The position numbers and the translations under genes were made by a program. Shown here one piece after another: positions 13,360 through 23,343 of a stretch of DNA of 64,000 nucleotides. Positions within the stretch are counted from its first letter, which is position 1, and each line of letters starts with the position of its first letter. Origin of the DNA: Laetmonice hystrix (Eukaryota); assembly GCA_965235115.1 (NCBI GenBank), contig OZ249440.1, positions 33,234,001-33,298,000 on the forward strand, in the 5' to 3' direction. The notes under the pieces are model-generated. The model saw nothing but the letters and a program-made list of their open reading frames with translations. It was not told the origin of the DNA and did no database searches.

Positions 13360-13736
13360 CAGGGGCGTAGGAAGCACTTTAAAAGTGGGGGGGCCAACAG
13401 GGCCATGCGCAGGATTTTTCGAGGGGGATTACAGATTGGCGGGGGGACTGGGCGAGCGCCGAAGGCGCGAAGCCATGCTAGGGGGTCCGGGGCATGCCCT
13501 CCCCCCTGAAAAATTTTGAAATTTATAGTGTAATTTGGTGACATTTGGTGCATCTTAGAGCACAAAATAAGGTCTGCAATATGAGAAAATACCCTCCCCC
13601 ATAGACTTCCATACACTTCCAATGGCAAAAGTCAAGGGGAGGGAAAAAGTGGGGGGGCCAAAAGATACTCTGGCCCCCCTCATTTCAAAGTGGGGGGGCC
13701 ATGGCCCCCCTGGCCCCCCCTTTTCCTACGCCCCTG
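13360..13736. mobile_element. MITE with 5-bp TSD
   Basis: CAGGGGCGTAGGAA...TTCCTACGCCCCTG, flanked by TGTTT on both sides. Confidence 0.8.
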
Positions 13737-13954
13737 TGTTTGGGTCGGGGATAGGGACTTCGTGTTGTGTGTGGCCTCTCAACGCCAGCAAAAGAGCTCT
13801 GCTACCCCAGCTAGCTTCCCTTTACATTGAACATTGCGGTGGAGAATAACTTAACGGTGAACATCTCACTCTCACAAGCAACAACCACGCACCAATATAC
13901 TAACACACCACACAAATATAACACCTCCCAACACACCACTATAATTATTCTCGG

Positions 13955-14650
13955 ACTTCGTGGCGTCGGTGTCGGCTGTCGGCAAGCCTCCCTGCGACAG
14001 ACACGTTTCACGGCTCCACGACCAAGTGTCGTCAGTGTCGGCTGTCGGTAACACACATCAGCGTCCTCCAGACCTCCATGCAAGCGTCGGTGTCAGCTGT
14101 CGGCATGCCTCCCTGTGACAGCCACGTTTCACGGCTCCACGACCAAGTGTCGTCAGTGTTGGCTGTCGGTAACACACATCACCTCCATGCAAGTGTCGGT
14201 GTCGGCTGTCGGCAAGTCTCCCTGCCAGTCAATGATAAATCCGACCCCCCCTAGCTACGCTTTGCCCGTAGCACAATGGCTGCCGCCGGCTGGTATACTT
14301 TGTGTCGTCGGTGTCGGCTGTCTCCCTGCCAGTCAATCCTGTGACCCCCCTCCCTCTCCCTACCCCCACCCCCTCCCCCCACCCCACCCCCAGCACTACA
14401 ATTACGCTTTGCCAGTATTACCTACCACAATGGCTGCCGTTCCGCCCAGGCCTATGTACAGGTATAGTCTACGTCGACCGAGTGTCGTCGGTGTCGGCTG
14501 TCGGCAAGTCTTCCTGCCAGTCAATCACCATCCTCCGAACCCCGCCCCCCTCCCCACCCCCTCTCTGCCCCAACCCCAGCGCTACCGATTACGCTTTGCT
14601 CGTACACGGATAATCTCTGTGGGCAAAATCCTAGTCACCCGCGACTAACT
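13955..14650 (+). repeat. Further copy of the GTGTCGGCTGTCGG repeat family with a terminal motif
   Basis: Repeated GTGTCGTCGGTGTCGGCTGTCGG. The end at 14610-14650 is the near reverse complement of 31465-31506. Confidence 0.7.
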
Positions 14651-14957
14651 TTACTTAGTCATGCATAAGGTAGTCAGTGTGACCATGACGACGGGTAAAA
14701 AAGACGAACTGCGTTAGTCCTGGTTGACGAAAACCTTAGACCGTCATCACGTGACTCCCTGGAAATCAACAGAAGCCATGAGAGGGCAACGAGCAGGCCA
14801 GGGACCGCTGAATTGTAAGCATGAACCCTAATCCCTTGCAATTCTTCATGCGTACCATGCATCCATCAATATTTCCTTAAGAATTGAAACGGCTATACTC
14901 TCTAGATTCATTTAGTAGTTTATTTGTGCAGTTATTTGTGCAGTTATAACAAAAGGG

Positions 14958-15411
14958 TGTCTCATATAGGGTGTAGCGACTAAAGTTGGGCGCATGGCGG
15001 CAACATTGTGTGCCCGATAAATATGAGATTCCAGGTGGGGCTGGGGGAGAATACGTCACCACACAAAGTCTAGACCGTATGCCATGACGTCCCCTTTCCA
15101 TATCAGGCCCTGCTACAAGAAATTAACATTATTTTCAATAGGGAAAAGTCTAGGTGAATCGCCCTTGGCCTTGCCTGAAGTGAATTTGGTAAGTCAGATG
15201 ATGAATCTGACGTATAGTGATATGCGGATCATGATCATGACACACGGCAGGTTAGCATTCTGGTAATTTCATATTGTCAAGTTAGTCATGCCCGAATTTA
15301 ATTAGAAACATATATTTGAAAAATACGAGCTCGGCGCCATACCCCGGGAGCATTTATGTGGACAAAACGACCCTTCTAGAGTTTATCTGCCTTACACCCT
15401 ATAACGAGACA
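14958..15411. mobile_element. Putative MITE (TGT...ACA)
   Basis: TGTCTCATATAGGGTGTA versus TACACCCTATAACGAGACA (imperfect inverted repeat). No clear TSD. Confidence 0.4.
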
Positions 15412-15735
15412 TGGAATAACTACTTACACACCATCTGAGGTCTAATGGTACCGTGTATTTACAATAATCCGGTTCGTGAAATGATGTGTTGTTTATTATT
15501 ATGACTTATCCCACCATGTTGGTTCTCGTTGAGCTATCATGAGAGCGTAGACGGAAGTCGACTCCTAAGACGTCTGGGAGTCACCTGACCAGGGGGTATA
15601 AAGGGTTCCTTCTATCGACGTCACAGTCTCTCTGACCACTTCGACCCTTCAACTCTACAGGTTTCGATTGGACCTCTTGTTCTCAGGTTTGGCGCGACTG
15701 TAGGCTTTCGTTGAGTGTGAGTGGTTTCTTGACTA

Positions 15736-16350
15736 TTGTTATATCACGTCATGTTTTGTCGGTCGAAGTTTATACTGGCAGGGGACAGCCATGTTCGCCG
15801 ACTGAAAGAGTTTGTAGATTTACCTCCGTCTATTTATTCCGATCGGGTACATTCGGACTTCAACGTCAATTCTGAAGTAGTGTTGCATGGGGTGGGCGGC
15901 AGGACGGTTTGGAAGCTTATGAAGTACGACTTGTCGACGATTTCGGCGGCTAGGCCTGACTACGTAGGTCTCGCTGTAGGCGGTAACGATTTGAGCTCCG
16001 CGTCGGTTGACTTGGTTATTGACCGGATTACGAGTTTAGTCCACGAAGTTTCAATGGTCTGCCTCCCCCGCCGCTTGTACGTCTTTTCAATTCCCCCGCG
16101 TTTCGACACTCGTTCCCGCCCGGACTATAATCTTTGCGTCAAACAGTTTAATTCTGCATTACACCAATTTCTGGACAACGAACCGTCTATGGAATATGTC
16201 AAGTTTAAGGGTTTGTCTGAACCGGTGCAGGATATCTTTCTGCCGGACGGAGTCCATATGAATTCAGCTGGAAAGTATAAAATGTATTGGGCAGTGAGAG
16301 GTGCTTTCTTGCACGCTGGACAGGATTGGTCAGGGATGTTTAGTATCTAG
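15736..16350 (+). CDS. SGNH/GDSL hydrolase-like protein of the retroelement
   Basis: Blocks GDSH, G, GGND and DGVH (Ser/Asp/His triad) in an uninterrupted ~200-aa ORF. First ATG at 15751. Confidence 0.85.
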   Translation: MLYHVMFCRSKFILAGDSHVRRLKEFVDLPPSIYSDRVHSDFNVNSEVVLHGVGGRTVWKLMKYDLSTISAARPDYVGLAVGGNDLSSASVDLVIDRITSLVHEVSMVCLPRRLYVFSIPPRFDTRSRPDYNLCVKQFNSALHQFLDNEPSMEYVKFKGLSEPVQDIFLPDGVHMNSAGKYKMYWAVRGAFLHAGQDWSGMFSI

Positions 16351-17229
16351 TTATTGGTGTCGCCTTATTGACTCAGGTCTGTTATAACACTTAGTATTAC
16401 AATCTCATACCCCGTCTTTCGATTATATTTTCAACTTAACCGACTTGACTTATGATGGAGATTCATTAATGTTAACTTTTGGTTATCCATGAAGTGGCAC
16501 CAATGCTTTACCACTTAAAGACGATGTCGTTCCTCGTTCTCGTTCAATTAAATATCTCCTACGTATCTACTACGCCGTATTTAACCATGATTTTGTACCT
16601 ATATGCAGTTCGCCGAATGTGGGCGGCGCAACCCTTGTTAAACCGTCGGGCTGCGCTGACATGGTGCGGTTCCATCATAGGTGGGAGTCTCCACTCTTAT
16701 TTAACCAATATGGTGCGTCAGCCATGGTTATGGTTATATCACATATGGCGAGTCACCATCGTTATGGCGTGTCATCACTTTATTTAACCTACATGGTGGG
16801 TCGGCCATGGTCAGGCGTCATTGTGGAGTGTCAACCACGAGGGGCGCGTCGCCACTCCTGTTAAATGACTCGGTGTGTCGGCCATATGTATGGTGGGTCA
16901 GCAATTGTTATGCGTCTTTGTGGCGCGTCGCCACTGTTCAACGTGCCGCTATGCGGTGACCGTGGTGGTTTCGTGTTCGTCGGACCAGTCAACATGTCAC
17001 CATATTACCTGACTGCTTCGCTTGTTACCATGACCGCCGTAGTGGGTTCCAATGTTATGGTGAGATTGTTCCGCGTTGCGTTATTTATACAATTTTTTGT
17101 TACTCAGTTTCATTACTCATTCTTTTCGTTCTTTTCTCTGGGAGCCGTAATGCGCCGAAGTTTAATGCATTACCTGTACTTCGACTTTATGTTCCCTTCT
17201 GCTGTCGGGGCTGGTCTTGTTTCAGTGTT

Positions 17230-18477
17230 GTGGTGACAATGGTGGGCTCCAGGCGGAAACGGCCAGTTAGTGCAGCTGAGGGTAGACCCCCGAGAGACAG
17301 GAGTCCGCCTTCTATGGTGCGTCGACTGGACACGACAGGAGACGGAGTTGAGGGTGATGACGCCAGCCTTCGTCGTTCGACAGACATTTCGGTGGTCGCG
17401 GACGTCCACTCTCCCCCGACTGTGAGACCGAGGGTAACTCGGGGTCGGGCCAGAGCTAGGCGCGATCAAGAGGCCAGGAGCCAAGGTGAGACGGAGGCCT
17501 CTCCTCAACGGGTACGGGGAAGGCCCAATCAAGAGTCGACAACCACCACTCAAGACAATCCAGTTCAGGCCGCGCCGTCCCAGTCTTCGGGGGTCGCTGC
17601 AGAAGTAGCCCGGGGGATCGAGACGGGCATAGCCAGGGCTTTGGAGATGTTTGCGACCCAGTACGGCGAACGTCCACTCCCATCGTCCACTCCTCCGGAA
17701 ACCACCAACGCCCCCCTCTCCACGCCAGGACCAACAGACCTGACGACGTTGCTGGAAGCAGCCTCTGCCCCCTCGTCTTTGGCAAATGAAGGTACGTCCC
17801 TTGACATGGCTCAGTATGCCGTTCCTATTGATTTCCGTGTGCCTCAGAAAATGAAAGAGAAAATATGGGCCCGTCAGTATGTGGATATTTCATCTCTGCT
17901 TCAAGAAGGGGACCAGGAAGTTAACATTCAGGTTTCTACGGATTCCCCAAACCCATCCTTTGTCTTGAAGCCACGCCCCCGAAAAGATATCACTTCTATC
18001 ACCACATGGGTACGTGCCTTTAACATCTTTTCGGCTATCTATGCGAAGAAGTGGCCCGAGGAGGTCCAGGCCCTGTTTTCATATTCCTCTTCGATCCTCA
18101 CCATGGCTTCTTCAGGCAGGGATTGGATCAGTTATGACAGGCAATTCCGCCAGCTAAGAGCAGTGACCAACGCCCCTTTCGACAGGATAAACGTTGACCT
18201 GTACCTTTCATCCTTCCTTGTCAGACCTGCTTCCAGACCGCAATCCTACGCTGGCCGGGGGCCGTCAGGTAAGTCTGGGGACCTCCCGGTCGGCTACTGC
18301 TTTATGTACCACCGATCAGGATCATGCAGCCTCCAGCAAGATCAGTGTAAATTCAGCCATAAGTGCTACAAATGCCAGGCGGGATTCCACCCAGGATTCC
18401 GCTGCCTCATTCCGGACAACACTACCCGAGGACCAGAAGCAGGCTCTTCACGAGGACAAAGGAAAGTTCCCCGTTAG
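17230..18477 (+). CDS. Gag-like protein of an Ngaro/DIRS element
   Basis: KEKIW..QYVD...LL, I.TWV.AF..F, W..YDRQFR, and the finger CFMYH..G.C......CKFSHKC..C...HP...C. First ATG at 17239. Confidence 0.85.
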   Translation: MVTMVGSRRKRPVSAAEGRPPRDRSPPSMVRRLDTTGDGVEGDDASLRRSTDISVVADVHSPPTVRPRVTRGRARARRDQEARSQGETEASPQRVRGRPNQESTTTTQDNPVQAAPSQSSGVAAEVARGIETGIARALEMFATQYGERPLPSSTPPETTNAPLSTPGPTDLTTLLEAASAPSSLANEGTSLDMAQYAVPIDFRVPQKMKEKIWARQYVDISSLLQEGDQEVNIQVSTDSPNPSFVLKPRPRKDITSITTWVRAFNIFSAIYAKKWPEEVQALFSYSSSILTMASSGRDWISYDRQFRQLRAVTNAPFDRINVDLYLSSFLVRPASRPQSYAGRGPSGKSGDLPVGYCFMYHRSGSCSLQQDQCKFSHKCYKCQAGFHPGFRCLIPDNTTRGPEAGSSRGQRKVPR

Positions 18478-18811
18478 AACCCCGGTTAAGGCCGATGTGC
18501 TGGATCAGTTTTTGGAAGGGTATGACCCGTTGGAAGCAAGATCTTTGGTGGAGGGCTTCCGGCCAGGGGTTCCGTTTAGAATCAGTGGGGTTCCCGTCAC
18601 CTCGGTTGTCTGTCCCTAATGGTAGATTGTCAATGGAACAGAAACAAATTGTGCAAGATAAGATTGATAAGGAGCTTTCAGCTCGACGTATTATTGGGCC
18701 TTTCAGTGACCCTCCCCTTCCCAATTTCAGGGTTTCTCCCGTGGGCGTCACCCCCAAGAAAACTCCAGGAGAATTTCGCTTTATCCATAATCTGTCGTTT
18801 CCATATGATGA
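18475..18811 (+). pseudogene. N-terminal part of a DIRS/Ngaro reverse transcriptase (frameshift near 18560, truncated)
   Basis: TPVK..L...L.GYD....LVEGF / GFRL...KIDKELSARRIIGPF..PP...FRVSPVGVTPKK.PGEFRFIHNLSFP. Confidence 0.85.
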
Positions 18812-19382
18812 CACTTCGACCCTTCAACTCTACAGGTTTCGATTGGACAACCCGCCTCCGCCCCGTCACCGCCTTCGTTGTGATATACCATCCATGGTTG
18901 CCTATTCATCGGTTCCTCTGCCATCTGAAGACTAGGTTTGGGATTTTGGGGTGGGGGGGGGGGGGGGGTCCTGAGGTCAGCATGGCTGCTCAGTTTTGGG
19001 TTGTTTGGGAGGGCTGTGGGATGGGCGCAATTATGGGTAGAGGAATCTCTCAGGATAGCCTTGTATGTCACCACCTAGTAAATGTACATAACCACGATCC
19101 ATCTTTATTCTGTCAAAACTCATATATGATAGTGATGTATATATATTGCTCTAAGTAGAGAGAACACCGATTTAGTTAACGACAAATGTAAAAATTAGGT
19201 ATGATAAAAGTTAATTTATATCCTCATGTTATTACCTTCTTGTGAGTCCCCCTTGCGGGGATCGACGGGTTTAATTAATAAACATAACCCATGACAACAA
19301 CAATCTGAATTCTGAGTTTTGTCTACATAAATACTTTTTATTGCAGTATTGTATTGGTGTAAATTAATTTCAATTGCCTCAG

Positions 19383-20550
19383 TTCCGAGCTGATTTCGAA
19401 CGACTGGAACCTCCACAAGATTTTAACAAGCAAATCAGAGACGGCCTCGACAGACTTTACCAAAGGATCCTAAAAAGAACTACACCAAAGGGCACAACCA
19501 ACAAGTCACAAATGATTGTATCCCAAGCTGCCAGTGAAACTCTTCCATCTCTCAGAAAAGGTAAAAAAAACCCCGAAACTATGGTTTAGTTTAATGTGAT
19601 GGGGAAAGAATAGTCAGGGCCCCCTCTTACTAAACATGGTTATTAATATAGTGATATAGTTGGCTGGTAAAGTAGGCCGTCGCCAAGGCGACAACCAGAC
19701 GACTTTACAAAGTTGGCACCCCCTCCCCTGCCGTTAAGTTAACCAGACCGTTCCCTATAACTTACGCTACTAAGTAGACCTTAGTAACACGGGTTTTAGC
19801 CAGCCCTAGTATAAATTTCGCGTTATTAACCAGCTATGAGTTAACCAGATAGGGGTTAACGAGACGGGGCCCTGAACTGTGTGCTATAAAGAGCTCATCT
19901 TCACCAGTACCATCAGATTAACACATGCCAACGAATTATTGCTCTAAGATGATAAACTAAACTGGATTTACAATGTATCGACAGTGTATTACGCATGGTG
20001 TCAACATTTCTTTTTTTTAATATATGGCGTAACATTCTATTGCAGTGCTGCTACAGGAGGCCTCACTCGTACGACTTATGGACCTCTTGGGGGGAAGACC
20101 CTGAGAACATGTTCGTTGGTGCTGACAGTGAGGTACGCTATCAGTATTGTAATTACTTAAAAACGAGGTAATTTTAAAAACTTGGTGATGGGACATGTAT
20201 TTTTTGTTCTTAATTTGGTTCCAGTATTATTTACTTGTTTACAGATTGTTTACCCGGCTCTTCAGACATCATTGACAGCTATAGATGGAGAGGAGATGGT
20301 CACGGTCTCCGTGGAGAGGCAGCGTTTACTTCAAACTGTAGGAATCATCGACGGAATGGTTCTACTTCTTCAGGTTATTTATATGTTTAACCTGTCATAC
20401 CCCGCCAAGACTACGCGAACAGTGAGCTTCATTCAAAACTACCTACTGAACATGAAGGATAAATGCACCATAGACGAAAAAGTCCGGACTCTGTATGCAA
20501 AGCTGTGGGAGGCAGAACCATCTAGTAGTATTCAGGGACTACAAATATAA
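19383..20550 (+). CDS. 3' exons of a SAMD3-like protein (approx. 19383-19560, 20046-20131, 20245-20550); probably a transposon accessory gene remnant
   Basis: The last exon has LL..IYMFNLSYP....T.SFIQ.YLL.M........V..L..KL, the C-terminal motif of SAMD3-like proteins. Upstream GT/AG-bounded pieces. A -1 slip is likely in the middle exon. Confidence 0.55.
19615..19874. mobile_element. Harbinger-like MITE
   Basis: CAGGGCCCCCTCTT...GAGACGGGGCCCTG termini. Confidence 0.6.
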
Positions 20551-23343
20551 AATGTATGACCAGGGAAAGGTGCACGTTTTTTCTTTTGTTAACGAGGATT
20601 CTGGTATGCTTCTGTTTTTAAAATACTTTGAATACACACAACTTGTGTGTTTATTAATTGGTGTAATCTTGAGGTAATAGTATCGTTCATATAAAAAAAA
20701 AGTCCCTGTATAGCATCCCTCATAAAAAGAAAGTCTTTGTTCAGGATATCCATGTATTTTTTTCTTGGTCGCTAAAGAAACGGCGAGGATTCTAGTGGGT
20801 ATATTGTTTATAAATTACTTAGAAAAATGGTGTTTCTGAATTAGTGTAATCTTTACGGAATAGCATCCCTAAGGTTGTCAATGGACATGTTTTTGTCCTA
20901 TTGGTCTCTAAAGAGACGAGGATTGTCTTTGAGCGTTTCTTGAGCGTAATCTTTACGGACTAGCGGATTACCAGGAAAAGCAGCCCAGTGCCATATTTTG
21001 TTGTTGTTGCATGAGCTGTTAAATTGATAAGGAAACGGTTCTGGGTGGTATAGTGTTACTTAATTTGCTTTGATCAAGATTATGTCACTTTTGCTGTCAG
21101 CAGGTAGAGTCTACTTGTATGGGGATACGACTGTAAGCCATAAAATATTGTGATTTCAGTTGAAATTGTATTGTGGTGTGTTGGCAGACAGATATAGCAA
21201 AACGGGGAGATAGGGGTAAAACAGCGTATGAAAAGGGTCAAGCGGTGCAGGCCGGGCGAGAAGGAAAAACAACGATGGACCACGATCCCGTTGGGGTGGA
21301 CATGGCCAGGCAGAGGACAGTGACGTGAGGACAACGGCGGGAACCAACTAATTTGCATAGGGAAACTTGACCGGATGGGGCCGATATAAAACCCGAGGCT
21401 GCAGGACGAACATAATTATCTGGCGGTCAAAACATAATTATCTGGCGGCCGCTACATAATCAGGCCTGTGTGTTTTAATATAAAACCAGCACCCCAATGT
21501 TACATATCCATAGACAGAAAAATCATGTAGAACTTTTACCAAGAATAGTACAGTAGATAGGATGTGCGACTCTTGCGCTTCCCGTGGTGCGCATTGTGAC
21601 GCAGCGCCATCTAGGAGTAGGTAAGCTGGCCAACAAGGCGGGCGAAATCTCCTGCAGCGGAGTGTATGCGAGGCCTAGTAGATTGAGTTAAGCCGTAAGT
21701 TCTTACACTGGAAGTCAAATATTAGGTATATACGTAATTTTTTAACGTAAAACCACTCGTATGAAACGCAAGTACAAAAATAATCACTGTAAATTGTCAA
21801 ATGATTAAGAAAATTAGAACATTTGCAGCTCGTATGTGGGCGATAATAAACGAATTTGGAGTGCAAGGCCAAGCCAGGCATGCGGGCGATGTCACTCTAG
21901 TCTACCTCTCATGAAACAATGATCCGCATTGAGAGTATTTCAGAATAAAACTTACAGCGCAGTTCTAAAAATTAGTAAAATGTGTCTCAGTCTGTCCTTG
22001 TGTGTGTAAAGAGTACCCTACACGCTATTTCGTAAGCATTATTTAACGATTGTTTAGGCCTAAAGAAAGACAACTTCAAAAAAAGGAAAAGAAAAACTCT
22101 GTCACAAAACCGAGACCCCCCCCCCGGACCTTGAAAGAGAAAAATAACCCAGTAAAATAGCCGAAAACTAATAAATTTAGTGGGGGTGCTACTAGACTAG
22201 TTGACAATGAGAAAACGGCCCTGCATTAAAATATGAAATATGGGCGGGAAAAACCGATATCAAACCCCAATTTGTCCATGTGACTTTTTTTTTTATTTAA
22301 TCAGAGCCGTGGGTCTTGAGGTCCTCCTATTTGTGATTTTACTTAACCTATTGATGGTTGGCCTTTTTTTTATATTCACTGACAGCTGAAATATGGTGAC
22401 CGTGTTGAGTGCATAAATTATGCTCAAATCATTCAGATCATTCTACTGTACCGACTGGAAACTATTTTGTGGCCAAAGCATATCAAAATATCATACTTTA
22501 GGCCAGGATAACGATAAACGAAAAACGATAAATAAAAATTGGTTACTTCATGGATTTACCAATATTAAAATTTCTAAAATTTGAAGTTATAAATGAAAAA
22601 ACAAATTCACACTTTTAGTTATATTGCACATTTCATTCTTTTATTTATCCTTGGATGAGAGGATTCAGGTAATCCCACTATCCATGGACATCCATTTACC
22701 CATCCATAAAATATATTGTACATCAAATTCAACATCAAATCACACTCTAAGGTGCTGCAGATTTTCAGTTACTTCAGTAAAATTTGCTGTATTTTAATTG
22801 GGTTACTTCAGTAAAGTTGCAAGCCTTTTAACAACTTATTATGACCATTTGGTGAATACTAGACCTGCTCACATTCCATTTCAAGAATTAAAATTCAAAA
22901 CATTGTGTTAAATATCACAAGATAAGTAGATACACTTGGCTTTCTAACAAAGACATATTGGATGACACTTACACGATACATTACCTGTGTATAGCTGGTG
23001 ATGGAAAGGGCAGAATTCCCATCAGTTTTAGCTATGCGCTCCCTAAATCTAGCTGTAAGTAGTGCCTAAATCAACATCCTCAAGCCAAAGTTCTTAACTG
23101 ATTAAACATTAGACCTTGTAATCTCCTGTTTCATGTAAAAATGCTAACTCTCCATTTCCTAGCATATATAATTAATTCTTGATCCCAAAATTACTTCCAA
23201 AAATTCCCAAACGCAAGTGATGGCACGTCATTTCAGTGCAAGGTCAAGTGCATTTTACAAAGTGCAAAACCTTGTCCTAAACAAGGTGATGGTTATGTAT
23301 CAAGTACACGACAGCTACATGTAGGATATAATCACATTAGCTT

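Larger units (their letters stand above)
15480..18930 (+). mobile_element. Ngaro/DIRS-type tyrosine-recombinase retrotransposon, internally deleted (boundaries approximate)
   Basis: SGNH ORF, gag ORF with C-terminal Cys/His fingers, overlapping RT start, and a 37-bp direct repeat at 15637-15673 and 18812-18848. Confidence 0.8.

Noticed and set aside
8945..14648. Many 60-200-aa ORFs containing VSVSAVG or CRRCRLS
   Set aside because: Translations of the repeat core in multiple frames on both strands.
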